Counted from the first letter of the stretch, positions 13,085-28,985 are shown. The stretch is 64,000 nucleotides of DNA from Macrostomum lignano (GCA_002269645.1 NIVC01001905.1:113691-177690), one strand, 5' to 3'. A program made the numbers and translations. The notes: generated by a model not told the origin, from the sequence alone.

Positions 13085-13705
13085 TATCGTCTCTTCTGTT
13101 TCCTTTCTTCTCTCTCATCCCTCGTCTCTACTCTTTCCTCTCTCTTCTCTCCTCTCTTCTCTCGTATCTTCCCTCATCTCTTCCCTATTCTTTTCTCTCT
13201 CCTCTCCTCTCTCCTTTCTACTTTTCGTTTTCTCTCTGCTCTCCTCTCTCCTCTCAACTCTTTCGTTTTCTCTCTCCTCTCCTCTCCTCTCTCCTCTCTC
13301 CCATCTTCTTTCGTATCCTCCCTCATCTTTCTTCTCTTTCATATCTCTTATCTTATCTCTTCCCTCTTCTTTTCTCTCTCCTCTCCTCTCTCCTCTCTCC
13401 CCCTCTTCTCTCGTCTCTTCCTTCTCCTCTCTATTCTTTTTTCTCATCTCTTAACTCTCTCCTTTACTCTCTCATCTCTCCTCTCTCCTCTTTCCTCTCT
13501 CTCTCATCTCTCCCCTCTTCTCTCGTCTCTTCCCTCACCTCTTTCCTCTCTCTCTTTCCTTTTATCTCTTTTCTTGTTTTATCTCTTCTCTCTCCCCTCG
13601 TCGCTCGTCTTTTCCCTCACCTCTCTTCTCTCTCGTCTGCTCTTTCATCTCTCCTTTCTCTTCTTTTATCTTTTCTCTCTTATCTCTTCTCGTTTCTCTC
13701 TGCTC

Positions 13706-13750
<45 letters not shown>

Positions 13751-14540
13751 CCTCTCTCTCTCTCTTATCTCTCCTCTCCCGTCTCTCGTCTGTTCACCCT
13801 CATCTCTTCTCTCTCATCTGTCATCTTTACTCTCTTATACGTTCTCTCACTTATCTCCTCTGTACTCTTCTCTTTCACCTCTTCTGACTCCTCTCTTTCC
13901 TTTCTCCTTTCTCCTCTCCTCTTCTCTTCTCTTCCCTCTTCTATACTGTCTCCCTCTCTTGTCTGCTCTCGTCTCTCTGCACTCTCCTCTCACCTTTTTC
14001 ATCTCTCATCTTTACTCTCTCATCTCTCCTTTAATCTGTCTCATCTCTACAATCTCATCTCTCCTTTCTCCCCTCTTCTTACACCCCTCTCTTATCTCTA
14101 ACTCTTCTCTTCTCACTCCTCTCTCCCCCTCTTATCTCATTTCTTCTCTATCCTTTCTACTCTCTCCTCTCTAATCTCTCCTCTCCTCTTGACCCTCTGT
14201 CATCTTCTTTCTGCTCTCTCATATCTTCTCTCTTCTCACTCTTCTCTATTCTCCTCTCATCGATCCTCTGTCTCATCTCTACCCTCTTCTCACATTTACT
14301 CATCTCTACTCTCTTCTCACTCTTCTCTATTCTCCTCTCATCGATCCTCTGTCTCATCTCTCCTCTCTTCTCACATTTACTCTTTCCTCTCCCTCCTTTC
14401 TCCCCTCCTCTCGCTTCTTCCTCCCTTCTTCTCTGCTCTCTCCTCACCACTTGTCTCCCCTCTTATCTTCCATGTTTTCTTTATCCCCCTCTCGCCTCTC
14501 CTCTCTTCTAAATAGTCTATTCCTTCTCCTTTCCACTCTC
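13085..14540. repeat. CT-rich polypyrimidine low-complexity tract
   Basis: Almost purely C/T on the + strand. Confidence 0.9.
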
Positions 14541-15429
14541 ATCTGGCCCGCACATAAGCTGGATTCTTTTTCTGGCTTTTGAAGTAAAAGTCTGCCGATC
14601 CCTGCTTCGAAAGCCAGTTTGTGGGACGTACTACTCTCATCGTTGTTCTCATGCTTTGATCACGTCATCTTTCTTGCCAATTTGCAGCCCTGAAAGGAAT
14701 TTTTGTATTTTCAGCTCCACTGCAGTCTGCATCAGTCTAACAACCAAGGAAATACGCATTTCTTAGGAGGCCATTTAAAATTTACACACTACCTTTAAAA
14801 GAAACCTAAAATTTCCATGGGTGTGCCTAATTTAGTAGGGTTGTATTGCATTGCATCGCATCGCCTTTTCATAAATCTTTCGCTTTTACAAACCGCTTTT
14901 CGCTTTCGCTTTTTTGCTGGATTCCCTCGATCTGCCAATTGCCATCCACTGTTAAACTGCTGCAGAGTTTGCCAATACAGAGGAGGGGAGGGCAGTGATT
15001 AGAATTTCTCACTAATTAAACTGTTATGGCTAAACCTAGCCTCTCCACTCTCGGGGTGCGAGAAGGCTATAAAAAAGTTATTCCAAAACACTGTACATTT
15101 GCTATGTACATTCAGTCCTATCGCCTGATCCTTCGTCTGGCTCTGGGGGAATGAGTGAGTGAGTGGCACAAACAACAGAAAAAGCAGACAAACTTCACAC
15201 GCTTACAGTTTCTTTTCTGAAAGAGTTAGAGAGTTGTAACTCTACATTTAGACAGAGAATGAGTCAATGAAGAATTGTGTGAAGCTTAAAGTCAATCGCT
15301 TCACGTGGAGCAAACTTATGGCAGCTGAAAGTTAGTCAATTTTGAAACCCATTTTACACATCTGGGCCCAGATCGGGATCGGGAAAGAGAGGCAGGCGGG
15401 CGGAGGTTGGGGTGGTTGCTACGCTGAAA

Positions 15430-15749
15430 AAAACAGCCTAACTTTAAAAGTGCACAGCACCGCTCAGGATTAACTTTGAGACTCAAAATTTTACATGATT
15501 GTGCCAAAATAGTTAAAGATTATCTGTGTCAAATTTGAAGAGAATCGGTAGAAGTGGAGCGGCGCTATGGAGGATTAAGTGAAAAAATCGCGCATTTTGA
15601 GCAGTTTTTTGTACTTTTAGGTAGGAAGACTTGAGTCTAGGAAATTTAAAGGTAGCCTAAGACATTCTCCGTAGTAAGTTTAGGGTGGGTGTAAAGTTTG
15701 GTGTCATTTGGTTGAGCGGTTTGGGAGTCCATAGCGAAGTAATTTGTCC

Positions 15750-15782
<33 letters not shown>

Positions 15783-15808
15783 GTTTTGATTTTTATAGGT
15801 AGAGATTT
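15430..15808 (+). mobile_element. Non-autonomous Helitron/Helentron-like element (3' part)
   Basis: AAATTTGAAGAGAATCGG and AAAGTTTGGTGTCATTTGGTTGAGCGGTTTG motifs, then (GACA)n and a TTTATAGGTAGAGAT end, as in invertebrate microsatellite-bearing rolling-circle elements. The 5' boundary is uncertain. Confidence 0.4.
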
Positions 15809-15814
15809 ATTGCA

Positions 15815-17090
15815 GTACCTCCTATTGACAAGGGTTGTCAGTATACCTATTAATAAGGATTGTTAGCACCTATTGATAAGGGTTGTTAGCACCTATTGAT
15901 AAGGGTTGTCAGTACCTTTTGATAAGGGTTGTCAATACCTATTGATAAGGGTTGTCAGTACCTATTGATAAGGGTTGTCAGTACCCATTGATAAGGGTTG
16001 TCAGTACCTATTGATAAGGGTTGTCAATACCTATTGATAAGGGTTGTCAGTACCTATTGATAAGGGTTGTCAATACCTATTGATAAGGGTTGTCAGTACC
16101 TATTGATAAGGGTTGTCAATACCTATTGATAAGGGTTGTCAGTACCTATTGATAAGGGTTGTCAATACCTATTGATAAGGGTTGTCAGTACCTATTGATA
16201 AGAGTTGTCAGTATACCTATTAATAAGGGTTGTCAGTACCTATTGATAAGAGTTGTCAGTACCTATTGATAAGGGTTGTCAGTACCTATTGATAAGGGTT
16301 GTCAGTACCTATTGATAAGGGTTGTCAGTACCTATTGATAACTGATAAGGGTTGTCAGTACCTATTGATAAGGATTGTCAGTACCTATTGATAATGGTTG
16401 TCAATACCTATTGATAATGGTTGTCAGTACCTATTGATAATGGTTGTCAGTACCTATTGATAATGGTTGTCAGTACCTATTGATAATGGTTGTCAGTACC
16501 TATTGATAATGGTTGTCAGTACCTATTGATAATGGTTGTCAGTACCTATAGATAAGGGTTGTCAGTACCTATTGATAATGGTTGTCAATACCTATTGATA
16601 ATGGTTGTCAGTACCTATTGATAATGGTTGTCAGTACCTATTGATAATGGTTGTCAATACCTATTGATAATGGTTGTCAGTACCTATTGATAATGGTTGT
16701 CAGTACCTATTGATAATGGTTGTCAGTACCTATTGATAATGGTTGTCAGTACCTATTGATAATGGTTGTCAGTACCTATAGATAAGGGTTGTCAGTACCT
16801 ATTGATAATGGTTGTCAATACCTATTGATAATGGTTGTCAGTACCTATTGATAAGGGTTGTCAATACCTTTTGATAATGGTTGTCAGTACCTATTGATAA
16901 GGGCTGTCAGTACCTATTGATAAGGGTTGTCAGTACCTATTGATAATGGTTGTCAGTACCTATTGATAAGGGTTGTCAGTACCTATTGATAAGGGTTGTC
17001 AGTACCTATTGATAAGGGTTGTCAGTACCTATTGATAATGGTTGTCAGTACCTATTGATAAGGGTTGTCAGTACCTATTGATAAGGGTTG
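15815..17090. repeat. 23-bp minisatellite (CAGTACCTATTGATAAKGGTTGT)n
   Basis: Direct tandem units. Confidence 0.95.
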
Positions 17091-18816
17091 GAAAATATCA
17101 GACACAGCAGTGGCAAAGCACAAATCATTTATATCAAAGAATTGTAAGCAGCAAAACTTGAAAAACTAAAAATATCGAACAGTAGCAACAATTTTATTCG
17201 CGTCACTCCTCGCGTCAACTCATGGCATTATCGAGAGATAAAAAGGTAATCTTCCCTGCCGCAGAAGTCTTCGCATCAATGAATACCGTAATAAGATATT
17301 GCATGGCGAGATTGCGACAGAAGTGTGTCATCCGGAGTAGATCTCTGCCGTCTGCTCGTGCACTGCAGTTATTGATAGTCAGCCAGCTAAATTTAGACTA
17401 CCTTCGAATACGTCGACAGATAGGAGAAGAAGAGGCAATCCGGCATGCTCAAACGCCCACTCAAGCGGAAGTTGGCCGCGGGAGGAGAGGGTACTGACAC
17501 AATGCGCCGTAATCCTTATCCCATGGATTATTGTCACACGAAATCGAGAGAGAGAGAGAGAGCGGGAGAGGGAGAGATGCCCATCAACTGAGATGCGATA
17601 CAACAGGCACAGAGACTCATCAACTATGATGCAATGCAAACAAAATTTTTATTTTTACCCCGGCAAAACTCAGGCGGAAAATTTTTTCGAAATTTTAAAA
17701 TAAAGTGCAAATAACACGAAAATAAAATGTGTAAATAAACACTGCAGCAGACACGCCCTGGCCAAATCTTGATCCGCAAGTTTGTCTCTGAGAAGTTATT
17801 TTTGGAGACTGGCAAAAAAAGCAAAACTGAAGACAGTTTCGGATTTCATCTAAAGAAACCGTCTTTTAAAAAAGCAGCTGAGGAGATAGATAGAAGACCA
17901 CTGTTTCCAAAGGCCTTTAAAGTGCTTGTGTGCATGAAAATTGGTTATGCACCTGAGGGCCAATTCACCCCTCAAATGCTGCGTACAGCATTGTATGCTA
18001 GGACGATGTTACCAAAGTGCCAAGAGGCCTTTTAAAAAAATGATTTTGGTGATAAGCATACCTCATGAGTCTTTGAAATTTGAGAGACTGGCAAAAACTA
18101 CGACAGACATCAGCTACAATCAGCTAATGTAGCTCGTAGTTGCGGAACTTTAAAACTCCAAATAAAAGCAGAGACAAGCAGTCGAGAAAAGTTGAAGCAA
18201 AATTGAAAATTTCACTATTGCTATTGAAAGAGGCCAAGTTTACTTCGTATAGTTGCAACAATTATAAGGTGTTTCTAGTACTAAAAGCATATAGCTCATT
18301 AGCAAGTAGCGAACAGGTAGACAGGTGAGCTAACATTAGTTCTCGAGCATCTGGGCCTGAGCAAACAGCACTAGAAATTGTATTTGGAACGTGCCAACAT
18401 GCGCCTTCTTCAGAATCTGAACTCCCTCTCTCTCTTTCTCTCTCTCTCTCCGTCTCTCCTGCGTCAGCATGCCATCAACAACAGGTTTAATATGAGTGCA
18501 TGGCTGAGGACGCATACAAAGTTGAATTTAATCCAGGGATTAACTACAATGTACAGGTATGAAAGCCAATTTGACAGCAAACAATACGGACATCTCTGGG
18601 ACGCTTTCCCATGACCTAAATTTCACATCAGTTTTAAGCATCCACTTTCGAAGTGAAGTTGCGGTCTTGTGAAACACCCTCCCCAATCCGCTCTATCTCG
18701 GCGAGCACACGGGTTTATCAGTTCTTCATCAAATATGCACCTTTCGGGATGCTGCATGAAGTCAAACTTTTGGATGCCGATGGCATTGGCTCAAGGCTCA
18801 ATTTTGAGACAACGCA

Positions 18817-21492
18817 GAGTCATTGGAACCCAGTCACTGGAACCCAGTCATTGACACCCAGTCATTGGAACCCAGTCACTGCAACCCAGTCATTGACACC
18901 CAGTCACTGGAACCGAGTCACTGGAACTCAGTCACTGGAACCCAGTCATTGACACCCAGTCACTGGAACCCAGTCACTGGAACCCAGTCATTGGAACCCA
19001 GTCACTGGAACCCAGTCATTGACACCCAGTCATTGGAACGCGGTCATTGACACCCAGTCATTGTAACCCAGTCATTGGAACCCAGTCACTGGAACCCAGT
19101 CATTGACATCCAGTCATTGGAACCCAGTCATTGGAACCCAGTCACTGGAACCCAGTCACTGGAACCCAGTCATTGGAACTCAGTCACTGGAACTCAGTCA
19201 CTGGAACCCAGTCACTGGAACCGAGTCACTGGAACCCAGTCATTGGAACCCAGTCACTGGAACCCAGTCATTGACACCCAGTCATTGGAACCCAGTCATT
19301 GACACCCAGTCATTGGAACCCAGTCACTGGAACCCAGTCATTGACACCCAGTCATTGGAACGCGGTCATTGACACCCAGTCATTGTAACCCAGTCATTGG
19401 AACCCAGTCACTGGAACCCAGTCATTGACATCCAGTCATTGGAACCCAGTCACTGCAACCCAGTCACTGCAACCCAGTCACTGCAACCCAGTCATTGACA
19501 CCCAGTCATTGTAATCCAATCATTGGAACCCAGTCATCAGAACCCAGTCACTGGAACCGAGTCACTGGAACCGAGTCACTGGAACCCAGTCACTGGAACC
19601 CAGTCACTGGAACCTAGTCATTGGAACCCAGTCATTGGAACCCAGTCACTGGAACATTGGAACCCAGTCGCTGAAATCCAGTCACTGGAACCCAGTCATT
19701 GAACACCCAGTCATTGGAACCCAGTCACTGGAACCCAGTCATTGGAACCCAGTCATTGGAACCCAGTCACTGGAACCCAGTCATTGGAACCCAGTCATTG
19801 GAACCTAGTCACTGCAACCCAGTCACTGCAACCCAGTCATTGTCACCCAGTCATTGTAATCCAATCATTGGAACCCAGTCATCAGAACCCAGTCACTGGA
19901 ACCCAGTCATTGACACCCAGTCATTGGAACCCAGTCATTGACACCCAGTCATTGGAACCCAGTCATTGGAACCCAGTCACTGGAACCCAGTCATTGACAT
20001 CCAGTCATTGGAACCCAGTCACTGCAACCCAGTCACTGCAACCCAGTCACTGCAACCCAGTCACTGCAACCCAGTCATTGACACCCAGTCATTGTAATCC
20101 AATCATTGGAACCCAGTCATCAGAACCCAGTCACTGGAACCGAGTCACTGGAACCCAGTCACTGGAACCCAGTCACTGGAACATTAGAACCCAGTCGCTG
20201 AAATCCAGTCACTGGAACATTAGAACCCAGTCGCTGAAATCCAGTCACTGGAACCCAGTCATTGAACACCCAGTCATTGGAACCCAGTCATTGGAACCTA
20301 GTCACTGCAACCCAGTCACTGCAACCCAGTCATTGTCACCCAGTCACTGGAACCCAGTCATTGGAACCTAGTCACTGCAACCCAGTCACTGCAACCCAGT
20401 CATTGTCACCCAGTCATTGTAATCCAATCATTGTAATCCAATCATTGTAATCCAATCATTGGAACCCAGTCATCAGAACCCAGTCACTGGAACCGAGTCA
20501 CTGGAACCCAGTCACTGGAACCCAGTCACTGGAACCTAGTCATTGGAACCCAGTCATTGGAACCCAGTCACTGGAACATTGGAACCCAGTCGCTGAAATC
20601 CAGTCACTGCAACCCAGTCATTGAACACCCAGTCATTGGAACCCAGTCATTGGAACCTAGTCACTGCAACCCAGTCACTGCAACCCAGTCATTGTCACCC
20701 AGTCATTGGAACCCAGTCATTGGAACCTAGTCACTGCAACCCAGTCACTGCAACCCAGTCATTGTCACCCAGTCATTGGAACCCAGTCATCAGAACCCAG
20801 TCACTGGAACCGAGTCACTGGAACCCAGTCACTGGAACCCAGTCACTGGAACCTAGTCATTGGAACCCAGTCATTGGAACCCAGTCACTGGAACATTGGA
20901 ACCCAGTCGCTGAAATCCAGTCACTGGAACCCAGTCATTGAACACCCAGTCATTGGAACCCAGTCACTGGAACCCAGTCATTGGAACCCAGTCATTGGAA
21001 CCCAGTCACTGGAACATTGGAACCCAGTCGCTGAAATCCAGTCACTGGAACCCAGTCATTGAACACCCAGTCATTGGAACCCAGTCACTGGAACCCAGTC
21101 ATTGGAACCCAGTCATTGGAACCCAGTCATTGGAACCCAGTCATTGGAACCTAGTCACTGCAACCCAGTCACTGCAACCCAGTCATTGTCACCCAGTCAT
21201 TGTAATCCAATCATTGGAACCCAGTCATCAGAACCCAGTCATCAGAACCCAGTCATTGGAACAAAGTCACTGGAACCCAGTCATTGGAACCCAGTCATTG
21301 GAACCCAGTCATTGGAACCCAGTCATTGGAACCCAGTCATTGGAACCTAGTCACTGCAACCCAGTCACTGCAACCCAGTCATTGTCACCCAGTCATTGTA
21401 ATCCAATCATTGGAACCCAGTCATCAGAACCCAGTCATCAGAACCCAGTCATTGGAACAAAGTCACTGGAACCCAGTCATTGGAACACCCAG
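18817..21492. repeat. 14-bp satellite (GGAACCCAGTCAYT)n with higher-order structure
   Basis: 2.7 kb of tandem units with recurring variant blocks. Confidence 0.95.
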
Positions 21493-22105
21493 TGAGTCAA
21501 CCTTGTGAGTTCAAATGTTGTCACAAATCTGATATTTCGACCTATCAACCTTCGACATTTCAGTCTTGTGACATGTGAGCGATGTGAACTCAAAATTCCT
21601 GGGAGCAACATGGCAACCGCGTACAGGACTCAACTGCAATTTGTTAGTTAAAGCAAAACTAACTGGTAACTCGTTCATTCAATCTTAAAAAGGTTTATCT
21701 CAGTCTTTATACTTAAAGAAATTAGACACGGAAAAATGAGGTAATTCACCAACGCAATTGGGACTAAATATTGCTGCGATGCTCCTGAAGTCAGATTTCA
21801 AGAAATTTATTTCTACTACCATGATCTTCAGCTAATAGTTTAACGATAAAACAAAATCTGACCCCATTTTATCAACAATAAGTTGGGAATCGCAAATTCG
21901 AAGCTGAAGCGATGTGCTCAGAGAGCAATGTTTGCTTAGAACAATTCACATTGTATTATTAAATCTATCGAACTGCAGACACTTCTCAGCGGTTTCTGTC
22001 CGAGAAAAGAAAAAGAGTAGAATGTTTTTAAAGACAATCTTTTCGCTGCTTAAAATTTTTTTCGGTTAAGTTTCCATCGACCTCAGCTGTCTTGACGCCT
22101 CGTCA

Positions 22106-23175
<1,070 letters not shown>

Positions 23176-24109
23176 TTTTGTCCGATTGGCGATTTCTCTG
23201 CAACGTCCAGTTGTCGGTTAAAATCCCAAATATATAGCAGGCAGGTCGCAAATCTTTTTAGACAATAATGGAAGCAGTTCAGTTTAGTCATAGCTAAATA
23301 ATTGATTACGAACCAAACCCCTCTGAGACCATGAGCTTCATTTTCATCATCAGCTAGGGTTTTAGCGGACCACATCGGCTGATCAATATTGATTCAGACA
23401 GGGCCGACAATGAATAAAGATTTAGTAGCCGCGCTAATTTTGATCTCGCTGGCGGTCATAAACCCCCCCCCCCGGGAGCCGCCCAGCCCAGCGGTCATGT
23501 TTACTCGGAGCATGAAAAATTGAAAGGATGCCCAATCCAGTAGAACAATGGACTGCAGACAGAAATAAAGTGTGACTATAAATAGTGAAAAGCATTGTTT
23601 TTACTAGCGGTCTGCTCAGTAGTTGTGTGAAAAAACAGATTTTTTATTGTCTTCTGCAGAAGCAGAAAAAAGCAAGTTTGACAACAGACGAATACTGTGT
23701 GGTGTTTTTTCAATTTTTTGCTAATGAAAAACTTTTCTGTTTAGAATTTTTTCATTTGCGTCAGACAATAGCAATGTGGGCTCAGATGAACTTACCAATG
23801 TAGCTTACGTGGAAGCAGATTAAGCAAAAAATATGCAACTTTGGAGTCGACAAAACAGGGTGTCAAAAAGCAGAGTCTGCGTTTGAAGTTGCTGAGTGCT
23901 TTTAATGTGTCTGGGAGCGAGAGAGAGAGAGAGAGAGAGGAGGATGGCAGAGACTTGGGCAGCCAATCAAAGCTAAGGCAGTCTGACAGGCCCGTCTCAT
24001 GCTCTCTGCTGCTGCAGTAACCATGCAATTGTTAACCAGGGGACTGTGCTCTGCATATGGATTGTGGCACATCTCTGTTGTCTAGCAGTCCCTGCACCCA
24101 GTTCAGCCC

Positions 24110-25010
24110 TCACTGCATCTCACTTGCTAATCTTTCTTGCTAATCTCTCTCTGCATCTCACTTGCTAATCTCTCTCTGCATCTCACTTGCTTATCTCTCC
24201 CATGAATCTCACTTGCTTATCTCTCCCATGAATCTCACTTGCTTATCTCACTTGCTAATCTCACTTGCTAATCTCACTTGCTAATCTCACTTGCTAATCT
24301 CACTTGCTAATCTCACTTGCTAATCTCTCCCATGAATCTCACTTGCTAATCTCACTTGCTAATCTCACTTGCTAATCTCTCCCTACATCTCACTTGCTAA
24401 TCTCACTTGCTAATCTCTCCCTACATCTCACTTGCTAATCTCACTTGCTAATCTCTCCCATGAATCTCACTTGCTAATCTCACTTGCTAATCTCACTTGC
24501 TAATCTCACTTGCTAATCTCTCCCTACATCTCACTTGCTAATCTCTCCCTACATCTCACTTGCTAATCTCTCCCTACATCTCACTTGCTAATCTCTCCCT
24601 ACATCTCACTTGCTAATCTCTCTCTACATCTCACTTGCTAATCTCTCCCTACATCTCACTTGCTAATCTCTCCCTACATCTCACTTGCTAATCTCTCCCT
24701 ACATCTCACTTGCGAATCTCTCCCTACATCTCACTTGCTAATCTCTCCCTACATCTCACTTGCTAATCTCTCCCTACATCTCACTTGCGAATCTCTACCT
24801 ACATCTCACTTGCTAATCTCTCCCTACATCTCACTTGCTAATCTCTCCCTACATCTCACTTGCTAATCTCTCCCTACATCTCACTTGCTAATCTCTCCCT
24901 ACATCTCACTTGCGAATCTCTCCCTACATCTCACTTGCTAATCTCTCCCTACATCTCACTTGCTAATCTCTCCCTACATCTCACTTGCTAATCTCTCCCT
25001 ACATCTTACT
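24110..25010. repeat. 25-bp minisatellite (ATCTCACTTGCTAATCTCTCCCTAC)n with a 13-bp subunit region
   Basis: Direct tandem units. Confidence 0.93.
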
Positions 25011-25417
25011 TCTGCAACTCAGCAACGCAAGCACCTGACAAAAGTCATCTACGAGTAAGATCAGAACGCAACCTGCACTGGGCAGTGATTACTTACCTTT
25101 GATTGCAGTTTCCTTCTGCAACAGAGCAAGAACATCGGAGCGAATAACTCTAAGCTCAATATGGGCTCTCCGTTGATTTGTTCGACTGACTGCTTTGACT
25201 TCAAGGAAAGTTTTGTTGCTTCTTCTTTGTCAAATACATAACGAGTCTTCCATATCCTCTCTATCGAGGTAATTAATGCCCTCATATCCAAGCGAGACAG
25301 GCCGCAATTATGCTTTCAAAGCTCAAGACAATGCACGAGTCGTTGAATAACAATCATTAAAAGGTAAAAGCATATATTATCATGCATCATTATTATGAAA
25401 AGCATCGTTTATACCTG

Positions 25418-26460
25418 ATTAATCCTCATGGCTACTCAAACATCTTCACTAATCCTCATGGCTACTCAATCATCTTCACTAATCCTCTTGTCTACTCAAA
25501 CATCTTCACTAATCCTCATGGCTACTCAATCATCTTCACTAATCCTCTTGTCTACTCAATCATCTTCACTAATCCTCTTGACTAGTCAAACATCTGCACT
25601 AATCCCCATGGCTACTCAAACATTTTCACTAATCCTCATGAATACTCAAAAATCTTCACTAATCCTCATGGCTACTCAATCATCTTCACTAATCCTCTCG
25701 GCTACTCAAACATCTTCACTAATCATCTTGTCTACTCAAACAGCTTCACTAATCCTCATGAATACTCAAACATCTTCACTAATCCTCATTGCTACTCAAT
25801 CATCTTCACTAATCCTCTCGGCTACTCAAACAGCTTCACTAATCATCTTGTCTACTCAAACAGCTTCACTAATCCTCATGAATACTCAAACATCTTCACT
25901 AATCCTCATTGCTACTCAATCATCTTCACTAATCCTCTCGGCTACTCAAACAGCTTCACTAATCCTCATGAATACTCAAAAATCTTCACTAATCCTCATG
26001 GCTACTCAAACAGCTTCACTAATCCTCTCGGCTACTCAAACATCTTCACTAATCATCTTGTCTACTCAAACAGCTTCACTAATCCTCATGAATACTCAAA
26101 CATCTTCACTAATCCTCATTGCTACTCAATCATCTTCACTAATCCTCTCGGCTACTCAAACAGCTTCACTAATCCTCATGAATACTCAAACATCTTCACT
26201 AATCCTCATTGCTACTCAATCATCTTCACTAATCCTCTCGGCTACTCAATCATCTTCACTAATCCTCTTGTCTACTCAAACATCTTCAATAATCATCTTG
26301 TCTACTCAAACAGTTTCACTAATCCTCATGAATACTCAAACATCTTCACTAATCCTCATGGCTACTCAATTATCTTCACTAATCCTAGTGTCTACTCAAA
26401 CATCTTCACTAATCCTAGTGTCTACTCAAACATCCTCACTAATCCTCTTGGCTACTCAAT
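25418..26460. repeat. 30-bp minisatellite (CATCTTCACTAATCCTCATGGCTACTCAAA)n
   Basis: Direct tandem units. Source of the 383-aa ORF. Confidence 0.93.
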
Positions 26461-26747
26461 CGCGCCAAATAATGCATAGGGACATAGGCTCAAAATTCTT
26501 TGCACGTGAAAGAATCTGCTACTGCAGAAAAAATACAATTTTTCCAATAATGCTACTCTTACAGACAGTGACGCACTAATATTTATGTACATTGTGCACT
26601 TCTGTTGCGAAATTAGCAAAAAGAAGGAAATTTCGCAGTTGTGTGTCGCGCTCGTTTGTCATAGCAATTCGTTGTTAACAGCGGATACAAACTGCCAGAC
26701 ACTCCGAGCCTGTGACGCCAACCACATACGCTTAGTAATTGGGTCTT

Positions 26748-27260
<513 letters not shown>

Positions 27261-27809
27261 TCCTATTATACAGAACCAATTGATTGCAATAGTTTGCGGA
27301 AAAATGAGCTATTCAGAGACAAATTGTACTCATCTATCTACCTAAGATCTGTTTGTTAGGAGCTTGCCGAGAGGAGAACTGCAGACTGCTGAGAGGATGA
27401 AAGAGAATTGTAAAGGGAACAGTTGTAGACTGCAAATGGATTGACTGCAGACTGCTGGGGGAACTGCAGATTGTCGAAGGGATAAATATCTAAAATTTTG
27501 AAGTGGATAATAACTGTAAAGGATTAAGTGCAAGTTGTTGAGGGGATTACTATGGACTGCTAAGTGAATTATCGCAGTTTGCTGAGAGGACAATTCTAGG
27601 CCGCTGAGGGTATAAATGCTTTATGTTAATGAAAGTTATGGGCTGCAAAGTGGATAAACACAGACTGCTAAGAGATGACTGCAGTCTGTTTTGCGGGATC
27701 AGATGATTTCAGGAATTTCAGAAATTAGATAATTTCAGCTTGTGGGGGTAACTGCTGAAGTTACTAAACTTCTTGAATAATATAAGGCTTATTTCGACCA
27801 TCTGTCAAT

Positions 27810-27900
27810 AGGCACAATAGCCACAGTAGGCGGGAGTAACAGACATAGATTGAAGGTCGGCAGTTCGAGCCTGCATTGAAGCAGCGAGTTTATTTCTGTG
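27810..27900 (+). mobile_element. tRNA-derived SINE head (degenerate)
   Basis: A-box-like TAGCCACAGTAGG and B-box-like GCAGTTCGAGCC at tRNA-like spacing. No cloverleaf is evident. Confidence 0.4.
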
Positions 27901-28171
27901 ACCTGTGACACTACTGATTGTCTCCTTTGCAGATTCATGCAGATTTTCAACATTTAAGTTTAAAGATAATTTTGCTGGGGCTGCGTTAATCTTCTAGAGC
28001 AGTGCTACTCTGATGCAAGTGCTAATTTGCAGAAGTTATTACTAAATCCGGGAAGCAGCGGAGGATTGTTTGCAAATCAAATTTAAATTGCAAGTTGCAA
28101 ACATTTCAAATGGTTTCGATTATTGAGAAGCATATGGAGAGTAGTGGCCATCTGCTCACTGATGTGCGAAA

Positions 28172-28985
28172 CTCCTGGTGAACCATTGCTAAACTGCTGG
28201 TGAACCATTGCTAAACTGCTGGTGAACCATTGCTAAACTGCTGGTGAACCAATGCTAAACTGCTGGTGAACCATTGCTAAACTGCTGGTGAACCATTGCT
28301 AAACTCCTGGTGAACCAATGCTAAACTCCTGGTGAACCATTGCTAAACTCCTGGTGAACCAATGCTAAACTCCTGGTGAACCATTGCTAAACTCCTGGTG
28401 AACCAATGCTAAACTCCTGGTGAACCATTGCTAAACTGCTGGTGAACCATTGCTAAACTGCTGGTGAACCATTGCTAAACTGCTGGTGAACCATTGCTAA
28501 ACTGCTGGTGAACCAATGCTAAACTGCTGGTGAACCATTGCTAAACTGCTGGTGAACCATTGCTAAACTCCTGGTGAACCAATGCTAAACTCCTGGTGAA
28601 CCATTGCTAAACTCCTGGTGAACCAATGCTAAACTCCTGGTGAACCATTGCTAAACTCCTGGTGAACCAATGCTAAACTCCTGGTGAACCATTGCTAAAC
28701 TGCTGGTGAACCATTGCTAAACTGCTGGTGAACCATTGCTAAACTGCTGGTGAACCATTGCTAAACTGCTGGTGAACCATTGCTAAACTGCTGGTGAACC
28801 ATTGCTAAACTTCTGGTGAACCATTGCTAAACTGCTGGTGAACCATTGCTAAACTGCTGGTGAACCATTGCTAAACTGCTGGTGAACCATTGCTAAACTG
28901 CTGGTGAACCATTGCTAAACTTCTGGTGAACCATTGCTAAACTGCTGGTGAACCATTGCTAAACTGCTGGTGAACCATTGCTTAA
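28172..28985. repeat. 22-bp minisatellite (CTGGTGAACCATTGCTAAACTG)n
   Basis: Direct tandem units. Confidence 0.95.

Noticed and set aside
12990-14515. Leu/Ser-rich and Arg/Glu-rich ORFs
   Set aside because: These are translations of a CT low-complexity tract.
17222-17497. 91-aa ATG ORF, faintly reminiscent of a P/THAP9 transposase C-terminus
   Set aside because: No catalytic motif, TIR or splice partner was identified. The resemblance is too weak.
25428-26579. 383-aa Ser/Thr/Leu repeat ORF
   Set aside because: It is a translation of a 30-bp minisatellite, with no signal peptide or other support.
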